Part shown: positions 57,300 to 64,000 of the stretch, in pieces
How positions within the stretch are numbered: the stretch's first letter is position 1
How the letters are laid out: each line of letters starts with the position of its first letter
Assembly (NCBI GenBank): GCA_944389585.1
Contig: CALXMW010000003.1
Location: 38,466-102,465, forward strand
Length of the DNA: 64,000 nucleotides
Direction: 5' to 3'
From: an uncultured Kiritimatiellota bacterium
GTDB lineage: Bacteria > Verrucomicrobiota > Kiritimatiellia > RFP12 > DVOR01
Program-made: the position numbers and the translations under genes
Notes under the pieces: model-generated
What the model saw: only the letters and a program-made list of their open reading frames with translations
What the model was told of the DNA's origin: nothing
The model's database searches: none

Positions 57300-57440
57300 G
57301 CCCAGGCCCGCGCGGAGACAGGGGGCGGAAACGGCCCATCGCCCCGCAGGGGCGGCCCGTGGCCGTGGCAGGCCTGCGGCTTCGCCGCCGCGCGCCCCGT
57401 CCCCCGTCTTCCGCTCCCCGTTTTCCGCTCTCCGGGGCGC
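57300..57440. repeat. Short member of the intergenic repeat family
   Basis: CAGGGGCGGCCCGTGGCCGTGGCAGGCCTGCGGCTTCGCCGCCGCGCG matches the 5590-5660 module CAGGGGCGTTCCGTGGCCGGG...TGCGGCTTCGCCGCCGCGCG. Followed by CCGTCTTCCGCTCCCCGTTTTCCGCTCTCC. Confidence 0.45.
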
Positions 57441-57471
57441 CGCAGGCCCCCCCTATCCCAAGGAGACGACC

Positions 57472-58890
57472 ATGACGCTCTATTACCTCGGCCCCGAAGA
57501 GACCTTCTCCCACCGCGCCGCCACCCGCATGGCCCGCCCCGGCGAGACCCTCACCCCCTGCGCCGACTTCCGCGAGGTCTTCCGCAAGACTGCCGCAGAC
57601 CCCCAGGCCGCCGCCGTCGTCCCCTTCGAGAACACCACCCAGGGCCCCGTCACCGAGGTCATGGATCTGCTCGCCGCCACCCCCGCCCTCCGCGCCGTCG
57701 CCTGCCGCGCCATCCCCGTCCACCAACACCTCCTCACCAAAGACCTCACCACCCCCGTCGCCCGCATCCTCTCCAAGGCCGAGGCCCTCGCCCAATGCCG
57801 CGCCACCCTCGCGCGCGTCTACCCCGGCATCCCCCTCGTCCCCGTCGCCTCCACCGCCGAGGCCGCCCGCCTCGCCGCCTGCGACCCCGCCACCGCCGCC
57901 GTCGCCGGCGAGACCACCGCCAAACGCTACGGCCTCATCCTCCGCCGCCCCGACGTCCAAGACGCCACCGGCAACACCACCCGCTTCTTCCGCCTGGAAA
58001 CCCACCGCCCCGGCGACGCCCACGGCGCCCCGGACGGCCTCCCCCCCACCCACGCCCTCATCCGCGCCACCATCGACGACCGCCCCGGCTCCCTCCTCGA
58101 GCTCCTCACCCCCCTGCGCGGCGTCGACCTCACCCTCATCCAATCCCGCCCCATCCCCGGCGAGAAATGGAAATACGCCTTCTTCCTCGAGCTCCTCGCC
58201 GGCGCCAGCGGCCAACCCCTCGCCGCCCTCCTCGGCGCGATCAAGGCCGCCGCCCGCGAAGTTCGCCTCCTCGGCGCCTACACCATCACCACCCAAAGCA
58301 CCCTCCCCGACGACGCCGGCACCACCGCCCTCTCCAGCCTCCGCGCCATGATCGCGGACATCGACTCCTCCCTCCTGCGCGCCTTCGCCGCCCGCAGCCG
58401 CTTCCGCCTCAACCCCGGCCTCTACGCCCACGCCGAGCCCATCGACATCGACACCCTCGCCAAAGCCTTCGCCCACGGCGACGCCACCGAGCAGACCCGC
58501 GCCCTCCGCCGCTTCTACCTCACCAACGCCGTCCCCTACCTCGCCCTCCCCGGCGACGACCCCGAGCCCCGCGCCGCCCTCCACGCCGACACCGACGCCA
58601 TCGCCGCCCTCGCCCGCCGCTTCCGCTTCGCCTCCCGCGTCATCGCCCGCAAGCGCGTCGAGCAGGCCCCCGCCCTCCGCGCCGCCGCCCAGACCGGCGA
58701 CCCCGCCAAGGTCGAGCAAGCCCTCCTCAACGCCGCCGTCGAGCAGCGCGTCCTCGAGCGCGCCCAGGCCTACGCCCAGCGCGAAGGCCTCTCCGAGCAG
58801 CTCGCCAAGCAAGTCTCCTGGCTCTACCGCGACTACCTCCTGCCCATCTCCCGCCTCATCCAGGTCCACCTCGTCCTCGACGACCGCTGA
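57472..58890 (+). CDS. pheA: Prephenate dehydratase with ACT domain and C-terminal AroQ chorismate-mutase-like domain (PDT-ACT-CM order)
   Basis: PDT core (AVVPFENTTQGPV, TRFF). ACT-like region. C-terminal LSSLRAMIADIDSSLLRAFAARSRF ... VEQRVLERAQAYAQREGLSEQLAKQVSWLYRDYLLPISRLIQ resembles the CM three-helix fold. Confidence 0.8.
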   Translation: MTLYYLGPEETFSHRAATRMARPGETLTPCADFREVFRKTAADPQAAAVVPFENTTQGPVTEVMDLLAATPALRAVACRAIPVHQHLLTKDLTTPVARILSKAEALAQCRATLARVYPGIPLVPVASTAEAARLAACDPATAAVAGETTAKRYGLILRRPDVQDATGNTTRFFRLETHRPGDAHGAPDGLPPTHALIRATIDDRPGSLLELLTPLRGVDLTLIQSRPIPGEKWKYAFFLELLAGASGQPLAALLGAIKAAAREVRLLGAYTITTQSTLPDDAGTTALSSLRAMIADIDSSLLRAFAARSRFRLNPGLYAHAEPIDIDTLAKAFAHGDATEQTRALRRFYLTNAVPYLALPGDDPEPRAALHADTDAIAALARRFRFASRVIARKRVEQAPALRAAAQTGDPAKVEQALLNAAVEQRVLERAQAYAQREGLSEQLAKQVSWLYRDYLLPISRLIQVHLVLDDR

Positions 58891-58925
58891 ATGTGCCATA
58901 CTGTTTCGGTTCGCAAGGGAGTGCC

Positions 58926-59123
58926 ATGGAGAGGACATTCGTACAACGTCTGCAGAACGCCCTACGCCCGACGCCGCATCAGCGCGTTGCCGCGTTCGAT
59001 GAGCGCCTGGGCGCGGATGACTCGCTCCGCCATTTGGAGGAGGGACGGGTGGTGACCGTCTTTGGGCGGAAGCTTTCCGCGAAGCGCCTGGCCGCTTTGC
59101 GCGCCAAGGCGCTTGCCAAATAA
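58926..59123 (+). CDS. Small hypothetical protein (65 aa)
   Basis: AGGGAG RBS 6 nt upstream. Stop overlaps the next start (TAATG), implying translational coupling. Confidence 0.4.
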   Translation: MERTFVQRLQNALRPTPHQRVAAFDERLGADDSLRHLEEGRVVTVFGRKLSAKRLAALRAKALAK

Positions 59124-59935
59124 TGCCGGAGCGCGAAATCATGGCGTTGCCGCCCGAGGAGCGCGTCAGGGCGCAGTTCCGTCGGGCGGAGGCCGCCATC
59201 AAACTCTTTGAGCGGCTTACGCTCTCCGCAAACGAGCCAGCCATCAATCAGTTGCGTTACGCCGGGCACCATTTGGCCTGCGCGATGGCCGAGAAGGCCG
59301 ACGTGGCGGCGCGGGCGCGTCAGGTGGACATGGCCGGGCGCCATTGCGTGCGCGCCTATTATGATGCCTTGGACGGGTTGCTCGTCGTGTTGCTGACGCA
59401 ATGCGACGACTTCATGGAAGCCTACCCAAGGGGCGAGGTGTCGCGCGTCTTGCCGGACTATGCCCGGCTGTGTGCGGAGGTGGAGGCCGTGCGCCAACGC
59501 TGGAAGGCGTTCGGCCGTGTCCAAGCGATGGGGTGCGAAACGCTAACCAAGCGCCTCCACCCATTGGCAAAGCGCCTTTCCGACGTGTTGCGTGATTTTC
59601 GTGTCGCGGCGGCCTCGCTTGACTTGCGCCGAGACGAGGCAATCAGGGCGCGTGAGCAAAAGGGGGACCGACAATTCGTCCTCTCACTGATGGTTTCCTT
59701 CTTTGGCCTGGTGCTTTCCTTGGCCGTCATCGCGCTTTACGATTCCCTGCTCCTGCCGACGCTCATCGTCTCGGCGCTTGGCGTCCTTTGTCATGTGCGG
59801 ATGGGCGATTTGGCGATTGAGCGCATTTTGCGCTGGACGGTCTATGGTTTCGCCCTTCTGCTCGCCTTCCTTTGGGTGGGCTGCTTGCTGTTCGGGAAGG
59901 CGCGGCTGATGGATTGGCTGGGCTCCATCCCGTGA
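59123..59935 (+). CDS. Hypothetical membrane protein (270 aa; helical N-domain + 3-4 TM C-domain)
   Basis: Intact ORF. Hydrophobic C-terminal third. No recognisable family. Confidence 0.55.
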   Translation: MPEREIMALPPEERVRAQFRRAEAAIKLFERLTLSANEPAINQLRYAGHHLACAMAEKADVAARARQVDMAGRHCVRAYYDALDGLLVVLLTQCDDFMEAYPRGEVSRVLPDYARLCAEVEAVRQRWKAFGRVQAMGCETLTKRLHPLAKRLSDVLRDFRVAAASLDLRRDEAIRAREQKGDRQFVLSLMVSFFGLVLSLAVIALYDSLLLPTLIVSALGVLCHVRMGDLAIERILRWTVYGFALLLAFLWVGCLLFGKARLMDWLGSIP

Positions 59936-59986
59936 ACGCGCAGGGGCGCCGGGCGGCGCCCCTGCGCGCGGGGTGGGGCGGCGCGG

Positions 59987-60499
59987 TCAGTCCGCCTTGG
60001 GGGAGATACCCTGGAGCTCGGTGAGGATGGCCTGGGCAAGCTTGCGCGAGACGCGCGGGAGGGAATCGGTGATGCCCGTCTGGTAATCGTTGCGCGTGAG
60101 GGTGCCGTCGATGGCGTGGATGGGCTTGCCGTTGATGTACGTCTCGCCCGTCAGCGCGTCGAAGGCGTAGAGCCGGGCGCTGAGGATGACGTGGTATTCG
60201 TTGGGCACGATGTTGTTGTTGCGGCTGTAGCTGACGGCGTGCGTGCCCACGCCGGTGATGGTGGCCTGGACGCGGAGGCGCGCCTCGTCGTAGCCCGTCG
60301 GGGTGAAGGTGCCGTCCTCGATGAGCGCGTCGAGCGTCTGCTGGGTGGCGATGGCGCCGGCCATCGGGTAGGCCGTCTGGTTCTCGAAGGCCGCCACGTG
60401 GACGCTGCGCAGCGCCTCGGGCACGGGCGAGCCCAGGCGGTAACCCGCGCAGCCGGCGAGCAGGGCAAGGAGGGGAAGGGCGAAAAGGGCGCGTGTCAT
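59987..60499 (-). CDS. LptE-like LPS-assembly lipoprotein
   Basis: Lipobox LLAGC|AGYRLG (compare E. coli LptE AGC|GWHLRD). About 170 aa. Trimmed from track ORF 59987..61009. Start overlaps the upstream gene's stop (ATGA). Confidence 0.45.
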   Translation of the reverse strand: MTRALFALPLLALLAGCAGYRLGSPVPEALRSVHVAAFENQTAYPMAGAIATQQTLDALIEDGTFTPTGYDEARLRVQATITGVGTHAVSYSRNNNIVPNEYHVILSARLYAFDALTGETYINGKPIHAIDGTLTRNDYQTGITDSLPRVSRKLAQAILTELQGISPKAD

Positions 60500-61542
60500 G
60501 GGGTCGGCTCCTGGGGTTGCGGTTTGGCGCTGCGGCTCTCGACGGCGCCCTCGGCGGGGGCCAGGGCCGCGAGGCGCGCGCGGATCGCGTCGGCCTGCGG
60601 CGCGTCGGGGAAATCGCGCAGGAAGGCCTGGTAGGCCAGGGCGGCGGCCTCCGGCGAGTAGGCCGAGGGGTTGTCGTAGAACGCCGCGTTGCGGTAGGCG
60701 CGCTCCCGCCGCAGCAGGTACACCTCGCGCATCCACTGGCGGAACTGCGCCACCTCCGGGTGCGTCGGGCGGAAGACGCACGCGCCGCCCAGCAGCTTCT
60801 CCAAATGGGCCAGGCGCCCCACGTCGTTGCGCCACACGTCGGCCTGGCGGCGGCACGCGCGGCAATAGAGCGCCACCACCTCGTCCATCCCCGAATACGC
60901 CGGCCAATCCACGATCAGCCGGTCGCACACCGTGATGGCGCTGGCGAACTCGCCCTCCTCCTGGTACAGCTCCGCGATGCGCAGCAACAGGTCGGGCACC
61001 CGCCGCCACCGCGGCGCGAAATGGATGATCCGCTCGTAATTCTCGCGCAAGGCCTTGCCGGAGGCCAGGCGGAAGGTGCGCCCCAGCTCGCGCCCCGCCA
61101 GGAAATCGGCCTGCGCCGCCGCGTCCTGCAACACCGGCTCCAGCTCGAAGCGCCCCCCGAAATGGGCCAGCAGGTAAATATCCGCGTCATACGCTGCCTG
61201 CGCGTTCCCCGCCGCCGACTCCAGGCGCGCGATCGCCAGCTGCGCCGCCAACGCCTCCGGCGTCGCGTGCCACTCATGCACCAAATCGTCGTAGGCCTCG
61301 ACGGCCTTCTCCCGCGCGCCCTCGCGCTCCAACCCCTGCGCGTAGGCCAGCTGCTCGGCCGGCGAGCCCTTCTTCGGGCTGTGCCAGAACCACGAAGGCT
61401 CCTTCAGCTCCACCTCCATCGGGTCCGTCAGGAAGAGCAGCTCCGCCGGCGTCCGCCCCATGCGCGAATAGTCCTGGTACTGCCCCCACGCCGCCGCGGC
61501 GCACAGAACCATCGCGCAACCAACAATCAAACTCCGCTTCAT
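60496..61542 (-). CDS. Secreted TPR-like repeat protein
   Basis: Signal MKRSLIVGCAMVLCAAAAWGQ. Helical repeat composition. Co-operonic with the lptE-like gene. Confidence 0.55.
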   Translation of the reverse strand: MKRSLIVGCAMVLCAAAAWGQYQDYSRMGRTPAELLFLTDPMEVELKEPSWFWHSPKKGSPAEQLAYAQGLEREGAREKAVEAYDDLVHEWHATPEALAAQLAIARLESAAGNAQAAYDADIYLLAHFGGRFELEPVLQDAAAQADFLAGRELGRTFRLASGKALRENYERIIHFAPRWRRVPDLLLRIAELYQEEGEFASAITVCDRLIVDWPAYSGMDEVVALYCRACRRQADVWRNDVGRLAHLEKLLGGACVFRPTHPEVAQFRQWMREVYLLRRERAYRNAAFYDNPSAYSPEAAALAYQAFLRDFPDAPQADAIRARLAALAPAEGAVESRSAKPQPQEPTP

Positions 61543-61571
61543 GCCCCCCAGTATACCAAAAGCCGCCCCGC

Positions 61572-62114
61572 TTATTCCTTGACCCTGCGCCAGCCCACGA
61601 CGCGCGCCGGGTTCCCGACCACGACGGCCCACGCGGGCACGTCCTTGGCCACCACGGCCCTGGCCCCGACGACCGCCCCCTCCCCGACCGTCACGCCCAT
61701 CCCCACGAAGGCCTCCGCGGCCACCCAGGCGTAGTCCCCGACGGCGATCGGGCGGTGGATGAGGGGCTTGAGCAGGCGCGTGATGTCGTGCGAGGCCGTG
61801 CAGAGGTAGGCGCGCTGGGAGATGGTGACCATGGAGCCGACGGTGATGCGGTCCACCGCGTAGAGCTCCGCCCCCGGGCCGATGGCCACGTAGTCGCCCA
61901 AGGTCAGGTTCCACGGCGCCCAGATGCGCACGTCGGCGTAGATGCTGCACCGCCTCCCGATCTTCGCGCCGAAACACCGCAGCAGGAAGACGCGCCAGTA
62001 GCGGAACAGCCGCCCCGCGAAGGGCCGGAAGAGCAGCGCCCACGCCACCCCCCACGCCAAGCGCCCCAGCCGATTGCGCAGCGGAATCGTGTCGACGTAA
62101 GCCTGCGGGCGCAT
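61572..62114 (-). CDS. Hexapeptide-repeat acetyltransferase, WcaF-like (polysaccharide biosynthesis)
   Basis: LFRPF.GRLFRYWRVFLLRCFGAKIG...VGNPARVV matches the WcaF family end to end. Confidence 0.8.
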   Translation of the reverse strand: MRPQAYVDTIPLRNRLGRLAWGVAWALLFRPFAGRLFRYWRVFLLRCFGAKIGRRCSIYADVRIWAPWNLTLGDYVAIGPGAELYAVDRITVGSMVTISQRAYLCTASHDITRLLKPLIHRPIAVGDYAWVAAEAFVGMGVTVGEGAVVGARAVVAKDVPAWAVVVGNPARVVGWRRVKE

Positions 62115-62115
62115 G

Positions 62116-63660
62116 TCATTGCCTCCTTCTCAGCCAAAACCATCCCAAGCGGCGAACCCACCAGACGATGGCGCCGCGCACCCAGGCCTTTTTCCCCAAC
62201 GCGCCCCACACGCGCGCCGAGACCGTCCCTGCTTCCCCCAGCACGGTCTCGCGGGCCGCAGGGCGCTTCGGCCGGGCGCACAAAGGCGTGTTGGTGGCGA
62301 CGGCGCGGTCGGTGTCGTATTCCCACAAAATCGTCTGGCCCTCGCCTCGGATGTGCCCCATCAGCGTCTCGCCCAATGCCGTGTTGCAAAGCACCAGCGA
62401 CGTCCCGCGATTGTCGTCGCACTGCGGATGCGTGGTCGCCACGCGCCAACAATCCGCGATCGTCAGGTCGCCGGTTCGCGCCGGGACGCAGAACGGGCAC
62501 GCATAGCAGGCCTGCCGGATGCTCAGCTTTTTGGAATAGGCCGCAAAAAAAGCGTCGCAGGCGGGAATGCGCCGGATTGTCCTGCCGTTGGCAAAAGTCA
62601 AGCGGATGCGCGGGAAGTTCCAGCCGTCGCGCTTGTCGCGGAAGTCGTAGTCGGCGATGGGGGCGCGGGCGCGGGCCTCCTCCTCGCGGAGGTAACGTTG
62701 GAAGAGGGCGGGGGAAGGGACGCCGCCGCAGACCAAATCGCAGGCCGGCGCGAGGTCGCCGAAGGACCCGGCGAGGCGACGCCAGGCGGCGACCTGGCAG
62801 GGCGTGCCGACGAAGAGGACGCGCTGCCCGCGGCGGAGCCTGCCCAGGGCCTCGCGGAGGGCCGGGGCCGCCTCGCTCTGCGCGTACTTGGATTTCCGCA
62901 GGCGGGCCAGGCCGGCCTCGTCCTCCACGCAGACGTGGCGCACGGCGCCCTCGGGCAGGAAGAGCGCCGCGCCGCAGACGGCCCCGCCTTGGGCGAGGAC
63001 CGCGCGGGCGATGGCGGTGAAGGCGCCGCCGGAGGTGCTTTGGGCGCGGGTCGCCCCCTCCGCCCACGCGGCGTAGGCGCGGCGCGGCGGGCGCGTCAGC
63101 CCCTCCGCGCCGATGGGGCAGGCCTTGTCGCAAAGCCCGCACCGGACGCACCGCGCGGGGTCGACCTTGGGGTAAAGGAAGCCGCCCTCGCCGGGGACCA
63201 TCGCGACGGCGTCCCGGGGGCAGACGGCGGAGACGCCGAAGCTGGCCGCGTAGGCCAGGCGGCGGGCGCCCTCGGGCAGGAAGTCGAGGAAGCAGGGGCG
63301 GAGCGTCGCGCCCATGCGCGGGTTCCACACCTGGTCGCTGCCCGTGAGATAGGCGTCGAAGGCTGGCGGGGCGCGGAGCAGGTCGTCGAAGGAGAGGAAG
63401 GGCTCGGTGCGCGGGATGGACGCGCGGAAGGCGGCAAAGGCGGCGTCCCGGCGGCGCGCGGCCTTCCCGGCCAAGCGGCGCAGACAGGCGCGGCGGGCGG
63501 CCATCACGCGCTCTTTGAGGGTGTTGGCCGGGGCGAGCGGGAGAACGGGCGCGGCGAGGGGCGTGCGGCGGAAGCGCGGGCTTTTGTAGAAGGGGTAATC
63601 GATGAGCCGGGCGTCGAAGCCGCGCCCGCGGAGGGCCCTCGGCAGGGCGTAGGCCTGCAA
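62116..63660 (-). CDS. FrhB-like (coenzyme F420 hydrogenase beta-subunit family) 4Fe-4S protein with N-terminal pyruvyl-transferase-like segment
   Basis: N-terminus YLTGSDQVWNP...AYAASFG (polysaccharide pyruvyl transferase motif). Then CVRCGLCDKACP ferredoxin motif. Then FrhB-like SGGAFTAIARAVL...SKYAQSE...LFVGTPCQVAAW. Confidence 0.6.
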   Translation of the reverse strand: MQAYALPRALRGRGFDARLIDYPFYKSPRFRRTPLAAPVLPLAPANTLKERVMAARRACLRRLAGKAARRRDAAFAAFRASIPRTEPFLSFDDLLRAPPAFDAYLTGSDQVWNPRMGATLRPCFLDFLPEGARRLAYAASFGVSAVCPRDAVAMVPGEGGFLYPKVDPARCVRCGLCDKACPIGAEGLTRPPRRAYAAWAEGATRAQSTSGGAFTAIARAVLAQGGAVCGAALFLPEGAVRHVCVEDEAGLARLRKSKYAQSEAAPALREALGRLRRGQRVLFVGTPCQVAAWRRLAGSFGDLAPACDLVCGGVPSPALFQRYLREEEARARAPIADYDFRDKRDGWNFPRIRLTFANGRTIRRIPACDAFFAAYSKKLSIRQACYACPFCVPARTGDLTIADCWRVATTHPQCDDNRGTSLVLCNTALGETLMGHIRGEGQTILWEYDTDRAVATNTPLCARPKRPAARETVLGEAGTVSARVWGALGKKAWVRGAIVWWVRRLGWFWLRRRQ

Positions 63661-63824
63661 CTCCGCGCCGTAGTTGTCGCAGTCGAAAATCGTTACGATC
63701 CCGACACTTGGGTTCCGCTCAGACCCCCTATAAAAAGGTACCTTTTTTTGCGCGGGGGGATGAAGCGCTGATTTTGCTATACTTTGGCGTGTTGTTTCAT
63801 CATTGCAAATAAAGGTACGTTTAG

Positions 63825-64000
63825 ATGAGGGGGTTGCATCTGCAGGACTATCGGAACCGCCATTCCTTGCGGAGCAAGGTGGCGCGGGGGCTGTGGATGG
63901 CGGTGTGGGCGACGCTGTTCCGGCCGACGCCGCGTGGGCGGCTGTTCCGGCCGTGGCGGGCGTTCCTGTTGCGGTGCTTCGGGGCGCGGCTGGGACGCGG
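63825..64000 (+). CDS. Second WcaF-like acetyltransferase, N-terminal fragment (runs off window)
   Basis: MRGLHLQDYRNRHSLRSKVARGLWMAVWATLFRPTPRGRLFRPWRAFLLRCFGARLGR parallels the N-terminus of the 61572-62114 protein. AT-rich divergent promoter region 63700-63824. Confidence 0.5.
   Translation, partial: MRGLHLQDYRNRHSLRSKVARGLWMAVWATLFRPTPRGRLFRPWRAFLLRCFGARLGR

Noticed and set aside
56178-59247. 981-aa plus-strand and 705-aa minus-strand ORFs
   Set aside because: Out-of-frame or antisense overlaps of the DAHP synthase and pheA genes. R/P/G-rich low-complexity translations.
61904-63771. 474-aa minus-strand and 552-aa plus-strand ORFs
   Set aside because: Alternative-frame or antisense overlaps of the FrhB-like and WcaF-like genes. 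No motifs.

Overview
This is about 64 kb of very high-GC (roughly 68-70%) bacterial chromosome. PEP-CTERM sorting tails, a prepilin-type pseudopilin, sulfatase/GH18 genes and giant secreted proteins suggest a PVC-superphylum-like organism (Kiritimatiellota/Verrucomicrobiota-like); that placement is inference only.

Left third, mostly housekeeping:
- a serine-recombinase N-terminus running off the window
- tRNA-Ser(GGA)
- a DUF362/4Fe-4S protein
- rfbB
- rpmI-rplT
- fusA
- ribBA-ribH-nusB-pyrD

Accessory content after that:
- a NERD-SF1 helicase fusion
- a Na/Pi cotransporter and an ABC-F ATPase
- a Fic protein with a palindromic operator in its promoter
- two PEP-CTERM paralogs
- cstA and a beta-CASP MBL hydrolase
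- a pseudopilin directly followed by a 3,828-aa secreted giant protein
- a lipoprotein
- a second, 4,404-aa giant protein (TSP3-like Ca-binding repeats plus a LamG-like domain)
- a GH18 protein, a Tat-sulfatase and a secreted repeat protein
- a DAHP synthase preceded by a Phe/Tyr-rich leader peptide and attenuator hairpin, then a PDT-ACT-CM prephenate dehydratase
- an lptE-like/TPR pair
- an EPS-type cluster (wcaF-like acetyltransferases, FrhB-like protein)

Most unusual:
- A mosaic family of intergenic elements built from tandem octamers arranged as long inverted arms. Six loci carry it, two forming kilobase-scale nested palindromes flanking the giant genes.
- A conserved, so-far unassigned C-terminal module shared by the two giant proteins.

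Many long ORFs in the six-frame track are GC-driven shadow ORFs and are rejected.
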